The position numbers and the translations under genes were made by a program. A stretch of 63,994 bases of DNA, filler included, from Octopus bimaculoides (lineage: Eukaryota): the NCBI RefSeq assembly GCF_001194135.2. It is 7 parts of 7 records of this genome, joined end to end, with 100 filler letters (N's around TTAATTAATTAA, not from the genome) between each part and the next. Parts side by side here need not be neighbours in the genome. Positions count along the whole stretch, not along the records: positions 13,719 to 41,744 come from NC_068991.1; 6 more parts are not named here. The stretch is one strand, 5' to 3'. The notes beneath the pieces are model-generated. The model had not been told where the DNA came from, ran no database searches, and saw nothing but the letters and a program-made list of their open reading frames with translations. Positions 22,336 through 35,629 of this stretch are shown piece after piece (positions within the stretch are counted from its first letter, which is position 1; each line of letters begins with the position of its first letter).

Positions 22336-24134
22336 AAATTCATTTTATAAAACAATTTTAAGCTTACCTTATAACAAGGGTAGGAACTTTTTTACAGGGT
22401 GGAGATGGCAAATCTATAAGAATCTCTGGATATATGATATGACACCAAAGATGTCATATCATACAGCTTGAATTTAATATGGAAAAAGGACTGCAATATC
22501 ATGGTTTCAATTCCTGGACCAGATAATGCATTTTGTTCTTGAGCAAAACACTTCATTTCACATTGCTCCAGTCCACTCAGCCAACCATCATATAAGCAGT
22601 GTCCTTCATTTCCAATCTTCTGTGAAAACATGTCTGGCCATGAGAACATATCACCTTACTTAGAAAAAAGTGAGCATTGGTGACAGGAAGAATATCCATA
22701 TACATCCATAAAAATATATACTGTCACTTTCAGCTCAAAATAGTACTTGAACATATGCCTTTAGTTTTTCTCAAATAAAGTTTCAAGTCATCATCATAAT
22801 TGTCATTATTATGATTTAACATCCATCTTTCATGCTAGTATGGGTTGGAGCTGATGGGTTGAAGGACTGCATCAGGCCCCAATGTCAGCTTTGGCATAGT
22901 TTCTATTGTTTGAATGCCCTTCCTAATGCCTGTCACTTTACAAAGTGTATTTAGTGCTTTTTTCATAGTACCTGCACTAGTGGGTTGCTATGTAGTTCGC
23001 TAAACTAAGACCCCCTTTAACTGAGTGGGAGTACAGTAAAAAGAGATGTGGATTTATGCTAGGGAATATGAAAGAAGAAATTTGAATAGGTTCCTTTTGT
23101 CATATGTTAACCTAAAAAAAATACCATATTCTACTCCAAAATCTTTCAAAATGTCTTTAAATTTTCCATTGTTCAATTCTTTATTTTTAAATAACTTAAT
23201 TACCATTTTTATAACATTGTTGTCTAAGAGAATGTGATAAGGTTTTAGAATCTAGTTAATGGTTCTACAATTCTTTTTTGATTTTAAGTAGCAAGTATTT
23301 TTTTGTTATTGTGGTATGAGGGAACTGTAATGCAGGGAATAAAATATGGTTCATCTACCTCTTGTTGACTATCTAGCAAACACCTGCCCTACCCATCTTA
23401 CCTAACAATAGCAGCCGCTACTACCAATTCCTGCACACTTGCTCATCCATTCATGTCTATTCACCACCACTGCCCCTGGCTGAAAAGAGGACAACCCTGG
23501 TCTTGCTTCCTTCATTTACTCTCTCTGCCTTCCTGTTCTTGTGGAACCCCTCAGCTGGATGTCACAGCCCTTTCCTTCTGGTTCATCTCATCCCCACAGT
23601 TATCTTACCAAAGAAAGTGCACTGCCCATAACCATGCACATGAATTTTATGTAGATTAAATCAAAATTACTTAGATCTCAGAAAAAATTATTTTCATCTC
23701 TAGTAGCCTCATGCATTGATTTTGTACAGGTAAATTTTGTCTTAGTGAAAAGACTGTCATTATCCCAGTCGCAAAAATAGCTGACTGTGCCATTATTTAA
23801 GTATGTCTGTTGCTTCATTACATCTCCAAATTCTTGATGCTGTTTTTGTTTCAATGATTCTTGAATAACATCGTCCTTGACATTTTATCTCTTCAAAAAT
23901 TAAAGCCCTCAATCTGACTTTTTCTAGTGTTTGAATTTATGCAACTTACTCTTCAAGAAACTTCTTTAATGGTTTCCTTTGCCATAAATTCACGCATTTC
24001 ACTACTTGTATTACATAAATATTTTTATCAATATTCCTTTTGAAAACAGCTTATTGTTAGCGTAGATATTCTTTAAAAAGTCTAATTCCACTTAATACTG
24101 TATCCCGACCAGTTTTCCTTTATATTCCTTATTA

Positions 24135-24532
24135 GGCACAGGTGTGGCTGTGTGGTAAGACAGTTTACTTCTCAACCACATTATTCTGGGCCAAGAGCCA
24201 GCCAAAACCACCTGAGTGGATTTGATAGAGGGAAACTGAAGGAAGCCCATTATATTTATATATGTATGTGAGCATGTATTATTGTCTCCTTGCTTTGACA
24301 TCACATGATAGTTGTAAGCAAGTGTCACTGTAATGCAAACTGTCTCCTTTGTTTCCAACCCTCTGTGAAAGCATGTCTGGTCACAAGGAAACATTACCTT
24401 ACTTGGAAACAGGTGAAGATTGGCAGCAGGAAGGGTATCTGGGCATAGAAAATCTACTTTAACAAATTCCATCTGACTCCTGCAAGCATGGATAAGTGGA
24501 TGTTAAAACAACGATAAAACACTGGGAATTAT
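24135..24532 (+). mobile_element. Old SINE: family A head with family E-type tail
   Basis: GGCACAGGTGTGGCTGTGTGG head; tail ...GCAAGCATGGATAAGTGGATGTTAAA. Similar copy at ~35740-36110. Confidence 0.65.
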
Positions 24533-25562
24533 TCTTAGATAGAGACTTTCAAGATTAAACTTTTCATAAACCGCATCCCAATCTTTACAAATATGACACT
24601 TTTTATTTACTTCTGTTAAAAGAAACTCCAAAAAGAGCTTTGCCAGCAATTCTTTTTCTTTTTTCATTCCTAATTATTGTTAATGAGCTTTTTATTATGA
24701 ATCTTATGTATTATAATATTGATTTCAAATCTTTAATAAAAATTGACAATTGTTACCAACATTCAAAGTTCTTGAACTTAATTCCTCACAGCACAACTGA
24801 TAAAACTTATTCACACTGACTATCCTCATTTACTGAAAGGGATTGGTTCCAATTAATACGGTCGTAAATTAATAATCTCCACCTACTTTATAAATAAAAC
24901 AAATAATAGATTCATTGACACCAAACTTGTCGCCCACAATTAAAAAACTTTTACAATCATGCATTGTTTTGATCATCTCTTCTTTTTCCTGTAGAGAGAA
25001 CATTCATCTGCATCATTTGTTAGGATCAGAGTGGTGCTTTCATATTTTTCATGTTTGCTGATCCTGTGTTGATGTCCTAAGAGTATGTTAATCTGTAGAA
25101 AAATAAACACCCTCATAGTACAGTCATGTTAGCACAAGTGATAGTCAGTACATTCTGGGTAACTGAGAACTGTGTATGATTGCTGGGGTGCATTTTTATG
25201 GTCCAAGCTGAATCTTTGACTAACCACCAACCTGTGTTATCACAAATTAATCCATAATAAGCATTACACAGTTCACAATGAATTGTACCATGTTATCCCA
25301 GATCAGTGATAAATGAATAAGGGTAAACAAGGATAGATGTACTAAAACTCAATGAGCTGGAATAACAGAATGTTAGCTGTAGTAAAGGACCCAGCAATGT
25401 AGACCCTTGTTCTAACAAAAAAGAAATGCCACTCTTACAAATATGGAAAAAAACATGTATGCAAGGCATTAAATAAATAAATAAATAAATAAAAGTGATA
25501 CTAAAGATTACTCTGTTATTACGAAGTGGACATTTACCAACCATAAATGACTATATGATGAT

Positions 25563-26140
25563 GTCACCAAAATGTAACAACAATGATTTAAATGAAAATG
25601 ATGTACTTGAGAAATGATTAAAGAACAAAACAAAATTATGAAGATGACCATTTATTAAACCGATTGTAATATTGGTTGTTATAATATAAAAATTAATGAT
25701 GTCATTGCATCGTTGTGTGTACACATTGTTGCAGTAAAATATACTCCACGGATCTGTGGGCCATTCTGTATGATAGTTAGTCTATTACTATTAGAGAAAG
25801 ACAGGATAAAAGGAATGTGAAAAAACACAAATGATAAGAAGTCTATGTTCACTTGCATAGTAAGAAGGTTCATTCCTTACCCAGGCCGTGGCCAGCCAAA
25901 ATGAGAGAGATGGGTAAATTGCTAGTGTTTATAGGTTTGCTAATTAAAGTACTTCAACTGAGAACAATAAATTCTACCAGAATTATTTGTCTTGACCCTT
26001 CTGCAACTAGAGAAAGATCAAGAGGTCAACTCATTCTCATTAATCTCCAATTGCAGAGAGAAGACCAGAAATTTGTTTGACAATTAATAAAAATGTGGAT
26101 TCAAGACCCCACTTAGCTATGCTTGTAGCTGGTTGCTAAA
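25563..26140 (+). repeat. Diverged direct repeat, copy 1
   Basis: Colinear with 28205-28756 (shared AAAATGTAACAACA...TCATTCTCATTAATCTCCAA...AGCTGGT.GCTAAA). Confidence 0.85.
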
Positions 26141-28204
26141 TCACTCTTCCTCCCACATAGTTTATCAAAGACAAAGGATCAATACTGGGAAAAATTGCAG
26201 GCATGTTCACTATGCAAAAATTGAAGAATGTTCAGAATTATGAGGTTATAGATTGATGTGATACCAGGTCAAGAAAAATCATGGATATCAGGAGAAACTG
26301 AGGTGATGTATATGGGACAAGAATCTATTTGAGTGGGTCTGAATAGTTCAATATCTTTTTGTGTGCAGAAAGTACAGTCTGGGCTTTGGCTTTGGACAGT
26401 GTTAAGTGTGCATGCATGTGATTCAGTAAAGGATTGTGTATACACATGCAAAAGAAAGGTGCAGCTGTATACTTTCATTGAAAGGAGCTGGGGGTGAGAG
26501 AGTGTAGATATAATTTGAAAATTTTCAGGCAGAACTGCATGCTGTGTTAAGTGCCTTAAAAAACGTGCAGAAGCCAATTGGCTCTGGCATTCAGTAGAGA
26601 GGCCAAGTGAGTCTGGTACTGAGCGCAAGTGACTTGCTGGTGCATTGGGAAAGACAGGCAAACTTTTTGTATGTATACTGTGACTAACATGGGGGTCTTA
26701 CAGAGTGAAGTTGTGTCTAGAAACAAGGGTGCAGAGAGCATAATCAAACAAACATGGAAAAACATGTCAATAAAGGCACAATATTGTGATGCGAGTGTGT
26801 AACTATGTGTAAGTATGCATGCATGCATATATGAACATTATATTTTTTTTACAAAAAATATGGAATGGCGAAAAGACTGATCAACCTGTGGAAAAATAAG
26901 TAAATCTGTGAAAGCTGCAAAGAAAACATTGTGAAAATCAGGCAATGAAAATACTTCAAACAATATGTGTGCATGAAATGGGCAATACAAGCAACCAATA
27001 AGAAAAATACATTATAAAAATAATATGAATGCATATGAATCTCTTTGTGGAATTGAGTCTTCATGGAAAATGAGTTCTCAAGGAAAATTAGTCATCACAG
27101 AAAATGAGACATTGCACAAACAATTTATTGCTGAATAAACATGTAACAAATAAAAGTTTGCAATGCATACAGCATAGTAAACAGTACAAAATAGTTTAAA
27201 TGAAGGAAAGAAAAATCAAATAACAAACTTGATGGGAAGAGCATCCTTTGCTAAAAAGCTTGTGCTGAAATGTAAGAAAAGAATAGGTACATGCAAAGGG
27301 GGAAAACATTCTTGATAGTCTATGTATGCAAAATATGTGGAAGAATGTCAGAAAATGCAGGATTTGTACTTTGTGATTCAAGATGAAAAGTGTGTGGCTG
27401 TTGAAAGAGTAGAGTTTATGGGCTTCCATAGGTTCGGTGATGTTTGCATGAACAGCAGTTATTTCTCTGTATTTGCAGTTTAAGTTGTTGATCCTGGAGA
27501 AATATGCAGGGATGTAATTTGGTTATTCTGCAGAGTGCATGGCAATTAGCTGTATTGTTTTGGTAGATAATATTTGTGTTGTGGCAAGATAAAAGTTGTC
27601 TGTGGGATTTTGGCATGGAACTATGGAATTCAATCAGAGTGCATGTTTTGTTTATTAGTTGGAGGCTGTGCATTTCATGTTAAGACAGGTGCACATTGGT
27701 TTTTAAAAGCAGGATTTAACTGTTAAAAAACTTCAACTCCAATCATAGAAAATTGCATGTTTGGTTGAAGAGAAGGCTGTACTTCTTTTAAGTCAAAAGT
27801 AACAATTTCTGTGTATCAACCTGTGATGAAATTAGGGTGGTGGGGAATCCTGCAGTACTCTTTCGTCACAACTTTCTCTCACTCTTTCTTTTTGTTTCTG
27901 TTGTACCTGTATTTCAAAGGGCCAGCCTTGTCGCACTCTGTGTCACACTGAATCTTCCCCGAGAACTACGTTAAGAGTACATGTGTCTGTGGAGTGCTCA
28001 GCCACTTGCACATTAATTTCATGAGCAGGCTGTTCCATTGATCGGATCAACTGGAACCCGCGTCATCACAATTCACAGAATGCTGCACGTGATGAAATTA
28101 GTGCAACTGTTTTAGGTGTGCAATTCTTGAATCTTGGGTAGAAAGCTGCTGCCTGTAACAACAGATTGCAATTGGTTTAGAAGGCTTGAGTTCTTGAGTC
28201 GGCA

Positions 28205-28756
28205 GTTACTAAAATGTAACAACAGTGATTTGAATTAAAATGATGCATTGGAGAATTGATTAAAGAACAGAACAATAAGAATTATGAAGATAGTCATGTA
28301 TTAAGTTGATTATAATATTAGTTGTTGCAATATATAATTAATTGTTGCAGTAAAATATATTCTATGGGTCTGTAGTCCATTCTATATGATAGACAGTTTC
28401 ATGTCTGTTACTATTAGAGAAATGTAGAAAGATATAAATAATAAGTCTACATTCACACACATAGCAAGAAGGCTCACTCCTTACCCAGGCTGCAACCAGC
28501 CAAAAACAGAGAGATAACTAAATTGCTTGTGTTTTTATGTTTGCTAATTAAAGTAGGTCAATGAGGGCAATAGACTCTACCGGAATTATTTGTCTTGTCC
28601 CTTCCACGACCAGCAAAAGATCAAGAGGTCCACTCATTCTCATTAATCTCCAAGTGCAGAGAGGAGAAAATAATACACCAGAAATTTGCTTGACAATTCA
28701 TAAAAATGTAGAATTTGGTCTCAAATCCATTTAGCTATATTGTAGCTGGTCGCTAA
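28205..28756 (+). repeat. Diverged direct repeat, copy 2
   Basis: See copy 1; roughly 75-80% identity by eye. Confidence 0.85.
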
Positions 28757-30469
28757 AACTATATAACCATTTTGTCATCATCTTCACAGATCATAGACAT
28801 ATCAAGACATGAGTTTCTGGTTGGCTCATTTCTCATGCATCTTACAGAAACCACTGACTGGTAGATTAGTTTACCACATCCATTGTATCTAAGTCTAATT
28901 GTCAAGAATTATCAATGATATAATTGATATTATTAAGAGAAAGCCGGTGCTAGAGATAATTCAGTCAAAGTACTTTTAGACTAAATATTTGTTGGTGTCT
29001 CCCTGTTTCAAATTAAAATCCAACAAACTTGACTTCATATAATGAATGCAATTAAGAAACTGAAATTAAATTTAATCTATTTTATTCTTCCACTCTGAAA
29101 TTTGTCTTTTCTCAAATAAGAAGACAAAAGAAATATTTATGAGGAGAAAAAGAGAGCAACTAACACAAAATACTTATATTGGTACTGACTTCGGAACTTG
29201 TACTTGATAAACACTTGAAGAAATGTTACTTTCTTTTTTCAATAATGTTTTTTGGGAAAGGAATGAATGCAACAACATGGCAGTTATCTGTTTTCTTGTA
29301 CCTAATGAAAATGTCAATAATTTTGAAAATATAATTTATTTAAATTTTCGGGATTGTCTTACAAAGATGTCATTTTTTTTACTTATCTCCATCAAAAAAA
29401 CCTCAAGCCCATTATTACGTAATCAACTACAGGATTTTCCATTTAGCAGGATGTTCATAAAATACAATGAGATGTTTTATTGTCATAGGATTTTCCATTG
29501 TATCTAACCTCTGTTGCCAGAATGTCTTTCCACATACTTAAAAAAAAAAAATGGGTGTTCTAATTATTATAAAGAAAACAAGAGAGTTGTTTCCATGATT
29601 AAATGACATATCAAGGAGTCTTACAATATTGATAGAATCTTAATACATCAGTTATAAGCTTGAATCCTTTTTAACATTAAATAGGTGTCCTAGAATACTT
29701 CTTTAGTTTGCAGAGCTAAGTTTAAATCTGAGTCTTTGATATTACCAGGTAACAGGAGAAGGATGAGGAATAAGTGTGCTGAATTGTTTCTTTTATTTCT
29801 ATTTGTTTATCTCTCTTGATATTAAGATTAAAACTTCTCATTGTCAACTTTCCTTAAAATAACCACTTATGTGCTCTCATTGCAACTTTGTTTATTTAGG
29901 CCAGAACAGGAACAATACTGACTGCTGCCACTTATTTCTAAATTTTATTAAAGTAAAACCAAATAGAAGTTTTAAAATAAACCACTTCTCAGATAACTAG
30001 TTCAGAGACGGTTTTCAGATGACCTTCAAACATCTTACAAACCACTGCAGAGAGATGAAACATTCAATGTGTTATTTTCTATTTTCTATTTTCTCCTGTC
30101 ATCCTTCTTGGATTCATAAAATAAATAGTAATAAAATAATAATAATAAAAACACTGGGATTAATTTAGTGGGCTATTATAATGCTGACAAAGTGATACTT
30201 GTATCCTCCTCCTCCTCCTCCTCATCATCATCATCATCATCATCACCACCACCACCACCACCACCATTTAATGTCTGTTTTCTATACTGGCATGGATTGG
30301 ACTGTTTGACAGGAGCTGGTAAGGCTAAGTGCTGCACCAGGCTCCAGTTGTCAGTTTTGGCATGGTTTCTACAGCTGGATGCCCTTCCTAATGCCAACCT
30401 GTGTTTATAAAACCTTAGATTTAATTATTGCCAAAGTGTTGAGGTTACACTATGGTTTTGTTTTATATA

Positions 30470-31910
30470 TACCAAGGCCTAATTCCCCATAGGAGGGGTA
30501 GCCACAACAAAACACCCACCAGGCATTCCATTCATTTCCCAGCTCAAAGAGGTGAGCCCCGTCCTTTGCTTGGGTGAAGGCATTGAACGCAACCTCCAAC
30601 ATCACCACTGGGGCCCAACAGCATATGTTGGTTTACCCTGCTGCATCATGGTGATTCCATACCCCTTTGAGCAACATCAATTCACTCATCCATCCCCAAA
30701 CACTCTCCAAGCTTTCCTATCATTTCTAAACTCTCTTGCTTCTCTCACTCCAACACCTCTAACCACCAAAACTTTCCTCACTCCATCCATCCACAGAAAC
30801 CAAAGTCTGCTTCTAGTTTTGCTCCCTACCCTTTCTGCCTTCATCACCCTCCCTACCATCCACTCCTCATCCATCCTCTCCATGTGGCCAAACCACCTCA
30901 TCATTCATCTATCCATTCTGGTTGTTAGATTTTCTTTCATTCCTGTTTGCCTTTGCACCTCCTCATTTCTCACCGTATCCATCTGTGTCACACCTAACCC
31001 TCAAACATCTCATCTCAAACACATCTGGTCACCTCCTTTCTGCTTCTCTCAGACCCCACGTCTCTGCACCATATAACATTGTCGGCACAATCACACCCTC
31101 ATACACACCTCTTTTCGCTTTCATACTCAACCTTTTATCTTTCACAACTCCAATTATGTTACTCCCCTCACTCACTCTATATCCCACTTCCTCAGCTTCC
31201 CCCCCCCCCATCTGCAATTACATGGGATCCCAGATACTTAAAAATGCTCACCTCCTCTAACATCTCACCATTTATACTCACATTCACCCTACTAGCCATT
31301 CCATCTCTTGAACATCTCATCACCTTACTCTTAGCGACATTCACTTTCAGTTTCCTCCTCTCACACACTCTTCCAAACTCTACCACCAGTCTCCTCAGTT
31401 CCTCTTCCGAATCCGCCACCAGTGCTGTATCATCAGCAAAGAACAACTGAGTCACCTGCCATTTCTCTCCATTTTCTCCCACTATTTGGGCTCCCCTACC
31501 AAAGGTTCTAGCGCTCACCTCTCTCACCACACCATCCACATACAGATTAAACAGCCATGGAGACATCACACAACATTGTCTTAACCCCCACCTTCACATC
31601 AAACCACTCACTAACTTCACCACTCACCCAAACGTACACTCAACTTTCTTTATAGAAACTGTACAGCTGTCAACAATCTACCATCTACTCCATACAACCG
31701 CAGCACCTGTTACATTGCATCCCTATTCACACATCCATAAAGGCCCAATATACATCCCTCCCTTTCGCAAAAAAACTTCCCACACATCTGCCTTACTACA
31801 AATATCTGATCTGCAACCCCTTTCCACTCTCCTTCCCTTTGTTATCAGTTTATATGGATTACTTTTGAGAATTTTGACAAAGCATTTCCAAATCTCAAAC
31901 TTCACCATCA
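30470..31910 (-). pseudogene. RTE-clade LINE, 5'-truncated: RT domain, C-terminus and 3' UTR
   Basis: MSPWLFNLYVDGVVREV...QLFFADDTALVADSEEELRRLV...KVNVAKSKVM...FKYLGS; PTMLYGAETW; RWFGHMERM. Several frameshifts. Confidence 0.95.
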
Positions 31911-32880
31911 TTGTCATTTAATGTTCATTTTCCATGCTGGCATGGGTTGGAAAGTTTGACAGGATCTGGTGAATTGCAGAGCTGCATCAATCTCCAATGC
32001 TTGCTTTGGTATAGTTTCTATGACTGGATGCCCTCCCTAATGCCAACCACTTTACAGTGTGTATTGGGTGCTTTTTTTTCATACCACTGGTACTAATGGG
32101 GTTGCCTAGTAAGTTACAAGACAGGTAAAAGTAAAATCCTGCTTGACAAAGTGTGCATATGTGAAGGGGTATTTATGCATGGTGTTGAGAAGCTAGAGTA
32201 TGATAAAGAAACAAGTACAGGTGTCTTGCTTTAGACAAAATATATGGCTACCCTGCATTATATAAGAATGGGTGTTAGTAGCCAGGAAGAAGATAAGATA
32301 AGATGGTAGTGAGGATTAATTGTAACAAAGAACAGTGTCTTCTCAAACAGTGCTACTCAAATTCTTTTAACTGTTGCCCCCTTCCTTTTTAACATTTTTT
32401 CAATGTCCCTCACATCATCTAAATTACATTCCATTAGAATTAAAAACAATACAAAAAAACACTGCTGACAGTTTAACCATTGTTAAAATGACAAAACCAC
32501 AAACAGTAGGAAATGATTTGCACACTGAAAAACAGATTAAAATATTTTTGAAAATGTTTAGCTGTGCACTTAAACAGTTTACATTTCAACCACATGGTTG
32601 TGGGTTCAGTACCAAATTGTGTGGTACCTTGGGTGTCTTCTATTAAAGACCTAGTCTGAGCAAACTTTGTGAGTGGATTTGGTAGATGTAACTGAAAGAA
32701 GCCTATCTTACATCTNNNNNNNNNNNNNNNNNNNNNNNNNNNNNNNNNNNNNNNNNNNNNNNNNNNNNNNNNNNNNNNNTATATATACACGACAAGAAAT
32801 AATTATTGTCTCTTTTTATGGAGACAAAAGGATTTATAGGACTGCAAAAAAAGAAGTGCTCAAATGAAATTTGTGTATAT

Positions 32881-33427
32881 TTATATTATCCAAAGTGTAC
32901 AGTTTTATATATTCATTATGGCTGATCTTACCAATCAGTTTTGCACTAAGGATTCAACAGAGTGTTAACAATTTGATTATGTAACCCTGTATTCATCAGA
33001 AGTAGCTGATATAGAATGAAATATCAGCTACCTCTGATGAGTGTAGAGTTACATAATCAAATTGTTACTTAGGGTTAGGGTTAGGGTTTTTCAATGTCCC
33101 TCGCATCATCTAAGTTACAATCCATCTGAATTAAAAACAATACAAAAACATTACTGCCAAGAGTTTGACCGTTATTAAAATAACAAAACCACAAACAGCA
33201 GGAAATGATTTGCACACTGAATAACAGATTAAAATATTTTTGAAAATGTGTAGCTGTGTGGTTAAACAGTTTGTATTTCAACCACATGGTTGTGGGTTCA
33301 GTATCAAATTGTGTGGTACCATGGGTAAGTGTCTTCTATTAAAGATTCTGTTGAATCCCTAGCATGAAACTGATTGATAAGAATTGGGTGTAATGGATAT
33401 ATAATACTGTACACTTTGGATAATATA
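32881..33427. mobile_element. Foldback element; right arm interrupted by (TTAGGG)3 and a copied segment
   Basis: Left arm 32881-33012 is the reverse complement of 33021-33068 joined to 33348-33427. CTGATGA in both arms, pointing outward. Confidence 0.75.
33087..33346 (+). repeat. Older local copy of 32399-32648
   Basis: TTTTCAATGTCCCTC...CTATTAAAGA colinear, with many substitutions. Confidence 0.85.
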
Positions 33428-33536
33428 CTCACTCTATTGACAAATATACAAGTGCATTTTTCCCTGATTTATGGGCTCTTAGATGATTTACACACACACA
33501 TGAAATTTTGTTTTCAGCCAATTTTTTACTTGCTAA

Positions 33537-33553
33537 TGTGAGGAATTCCTGTA

Positions 33554-33598
<45 letters not shown>

Positions 33599-33848
33599 TT
33601 CATTTTTGTATCTGGTTTGCAAGATTCTTTTGTCTAATGAGAGTCATTATGCCAATATAATTAACACACACATACTGATTCAATTTCAATCCTTTTTTTC
33701 ATTATTAGTCAATTGATTAAATATCTAACTAATTTGTTTTTTAACCAATATTTTTTCCCAATTGACTAATAATAAAGAAAAGGAGTGGAATTGTACCAGT
33801 GTGTATGTTAATTATATTGGCATAATGACTCTCGTTAGGAATTCCTCG
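33537..33848. mobile_element. Foldback/MITE
   Basis: CTAATGAGAGTCATTATGCCAATATAATTAAC...ATTAGTCAATTG versus CAATTGACTAAT...GTTAATTATATTGGCATAATGACTCTCGTTAG. Left arm split by a microsatellite insert. Confidence 0.75.
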
Positions 33849-35077
33849 CTTTATGGAAGTAATGCATTCCTAGAAATTTAGCTGTAATGCAAAATTAATT
33901 TTCCTATTGATTTTCACATCATCTAGTGAGATTGCATTCCTATGAACATTTACTGGGTGAAAAGAAAGAGATAAACAGAAGCACAAGAAAATAACAGAGA
34001 ACAAGCAGCATGATCACTTTTATACATAAAAATAACTAATTCTAAACACACACAGTACAATATAGATACATAAAAACACAAAAACATCTCATTGGGAATA
34101 CTTTAGGCAATTAATAAGAATTATAATATCGTAAGAGTATGTCCTTACCACAAAAATGTTAGTTACTGGGTGCTGGCTGGTAGTGGTATGAGTGTTACTA
34201 CCTTATAGTTTATCACAAACATTAGCTTGAGGGATGAAGAACTTACCTCAAGTTGTTTGTTGTTTATGATGCATCATCTCTTTGTGCAGCTCAGTATAGG
34301 AACTGAGCTCATTGTAATTTTTATGTTACATTCCTTTTATAGTATTATGGTGATAGAAGTCTCAAACTGAGTTGGAAATATCTATATGAAGAGTCTAACA
34401 AACTTATCAGATTCTTTGAAATTTGCACAGCGGCTGCTATTATCAATTCTGTAAGGAATAGTGGATATTTATCAACTAGTATACAAACATGGATAGAAAA
34501 ACATGGCAGATACAACCACGTGTATTTATGTCACCCGATTCAAAGCAAGTACAGTGCATGTAAATCTACATCAACTAATTGCATGGAGTTAAAATAGCCA
34601 TATCTGATCGACATGTTCTATCTGTTTTATCTTTACACCAGCCAGATCTGGCCTTTTGCACATGCCCTACAATGTCATTCAAAGGCTCACATCATCAAAA
34701 TCTCAAAGCTACAAGATAATGCTGGAATAAATGATGTGAATAAATTAGCATTACATTTGATACAGTTATCTGAATGCTAAAGAGTTAAATGATGATGATG
34801 GTGATGATGTTGATACATATATATAGATAATATAAAGAAAATCGGGAGGTAGGAGATGAATATATTTATTTCACGGGCTGATATCTGTAAGGTTATGATT
34901 ATTTCACAGCCAACAACATGTAAAAATATATACTGGATGTCAACTGCATAGTATTATACATTACACCACTCTGTATTTTTTTACTACACAGTTTGTAGCC
35001 TGGTCCACCAAATGAGCATTTTTGTGAGTACCACAAATTTAGATAATATAATATATATTTAGATAATATAATATATA

Positions 35078-35175
35078 CACAAATATACACAAATTTCATT
35101 TGAGCACTTCTTTTTTTGCAGTCCTATAAATCCTTTTGTCTCCATAAAAAGAGACAATAATTATTTCTTGTCGTG

Positions 35176-35213
<38 letters not shown>

Positions 35214-35527
35214 TGTAAAATAGGCTTCTTTCAGTTACATCTACCAAATCCACTCACAAAGTTTGCTCAGACTAGGTCTTTAATAGAAGACACCCAAGGT
35301 ACCACACAATTTGGTACTGAGCCCACAACCATGTGGTTGAAATGTAAACTGTTTAAGTGCACAGCTAAACATTTTCAAAAATATTTTAATCTGTTTTTCA
35401 GTGTGCAAATCATTTCCTACTGTTTGTGGTTTTGTCATTTTAACAATGGTTAAACTGTCAGCAGTGTTTTTTTGTATTGTTTTTAATTCTAATGGAATGT
35501 AATTTAGATGATGTGAGGGACATTGAA
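35078..35527 (-). repeat. Young inverted copy of 32399-32881 flanked by a 33-bp direct repeat
   Basis: Near-identical reverse complement. AATATAATATATATTTAGATAATATAATATATA at 35045-35077 and 35528-35560. Confidence 0.9.
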
Positions 35528-35592
35528 AATATAATATATATTTAGATAATATAATATATATTTTCTCCGTGTTTTTCTCCTTGTCTCCGTAT

Positions 35593-35629
35593 TCTTTCTG
35601 TTGAAGAGCGTAGCTCGAAACGTCAAAGA
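35593..35629 (+). ncRNA. Minimal type I hammerhead-like motif in a Penelope-type end (A6 variant)
   Basis: TCTTT-CTGTTGA-A-GAGC gta GCTC-GAAA-CGT-C-AAAGA: stem I 5 bp, stem II 4 bp, palindromic ACGT helix III. Core reads CUGUUGA rather than CUGANGA. Confidence 0.5.

Noticed and set aside
29985-30050. Possible minus-strand exon VCKMFEGHLKTVSEL (WD40-like GH) after acceptor CTCTCTGCAG
   Set aside because: In-frame stop follows within 18 codons, there is no convincing donor, and no partner exons were found.
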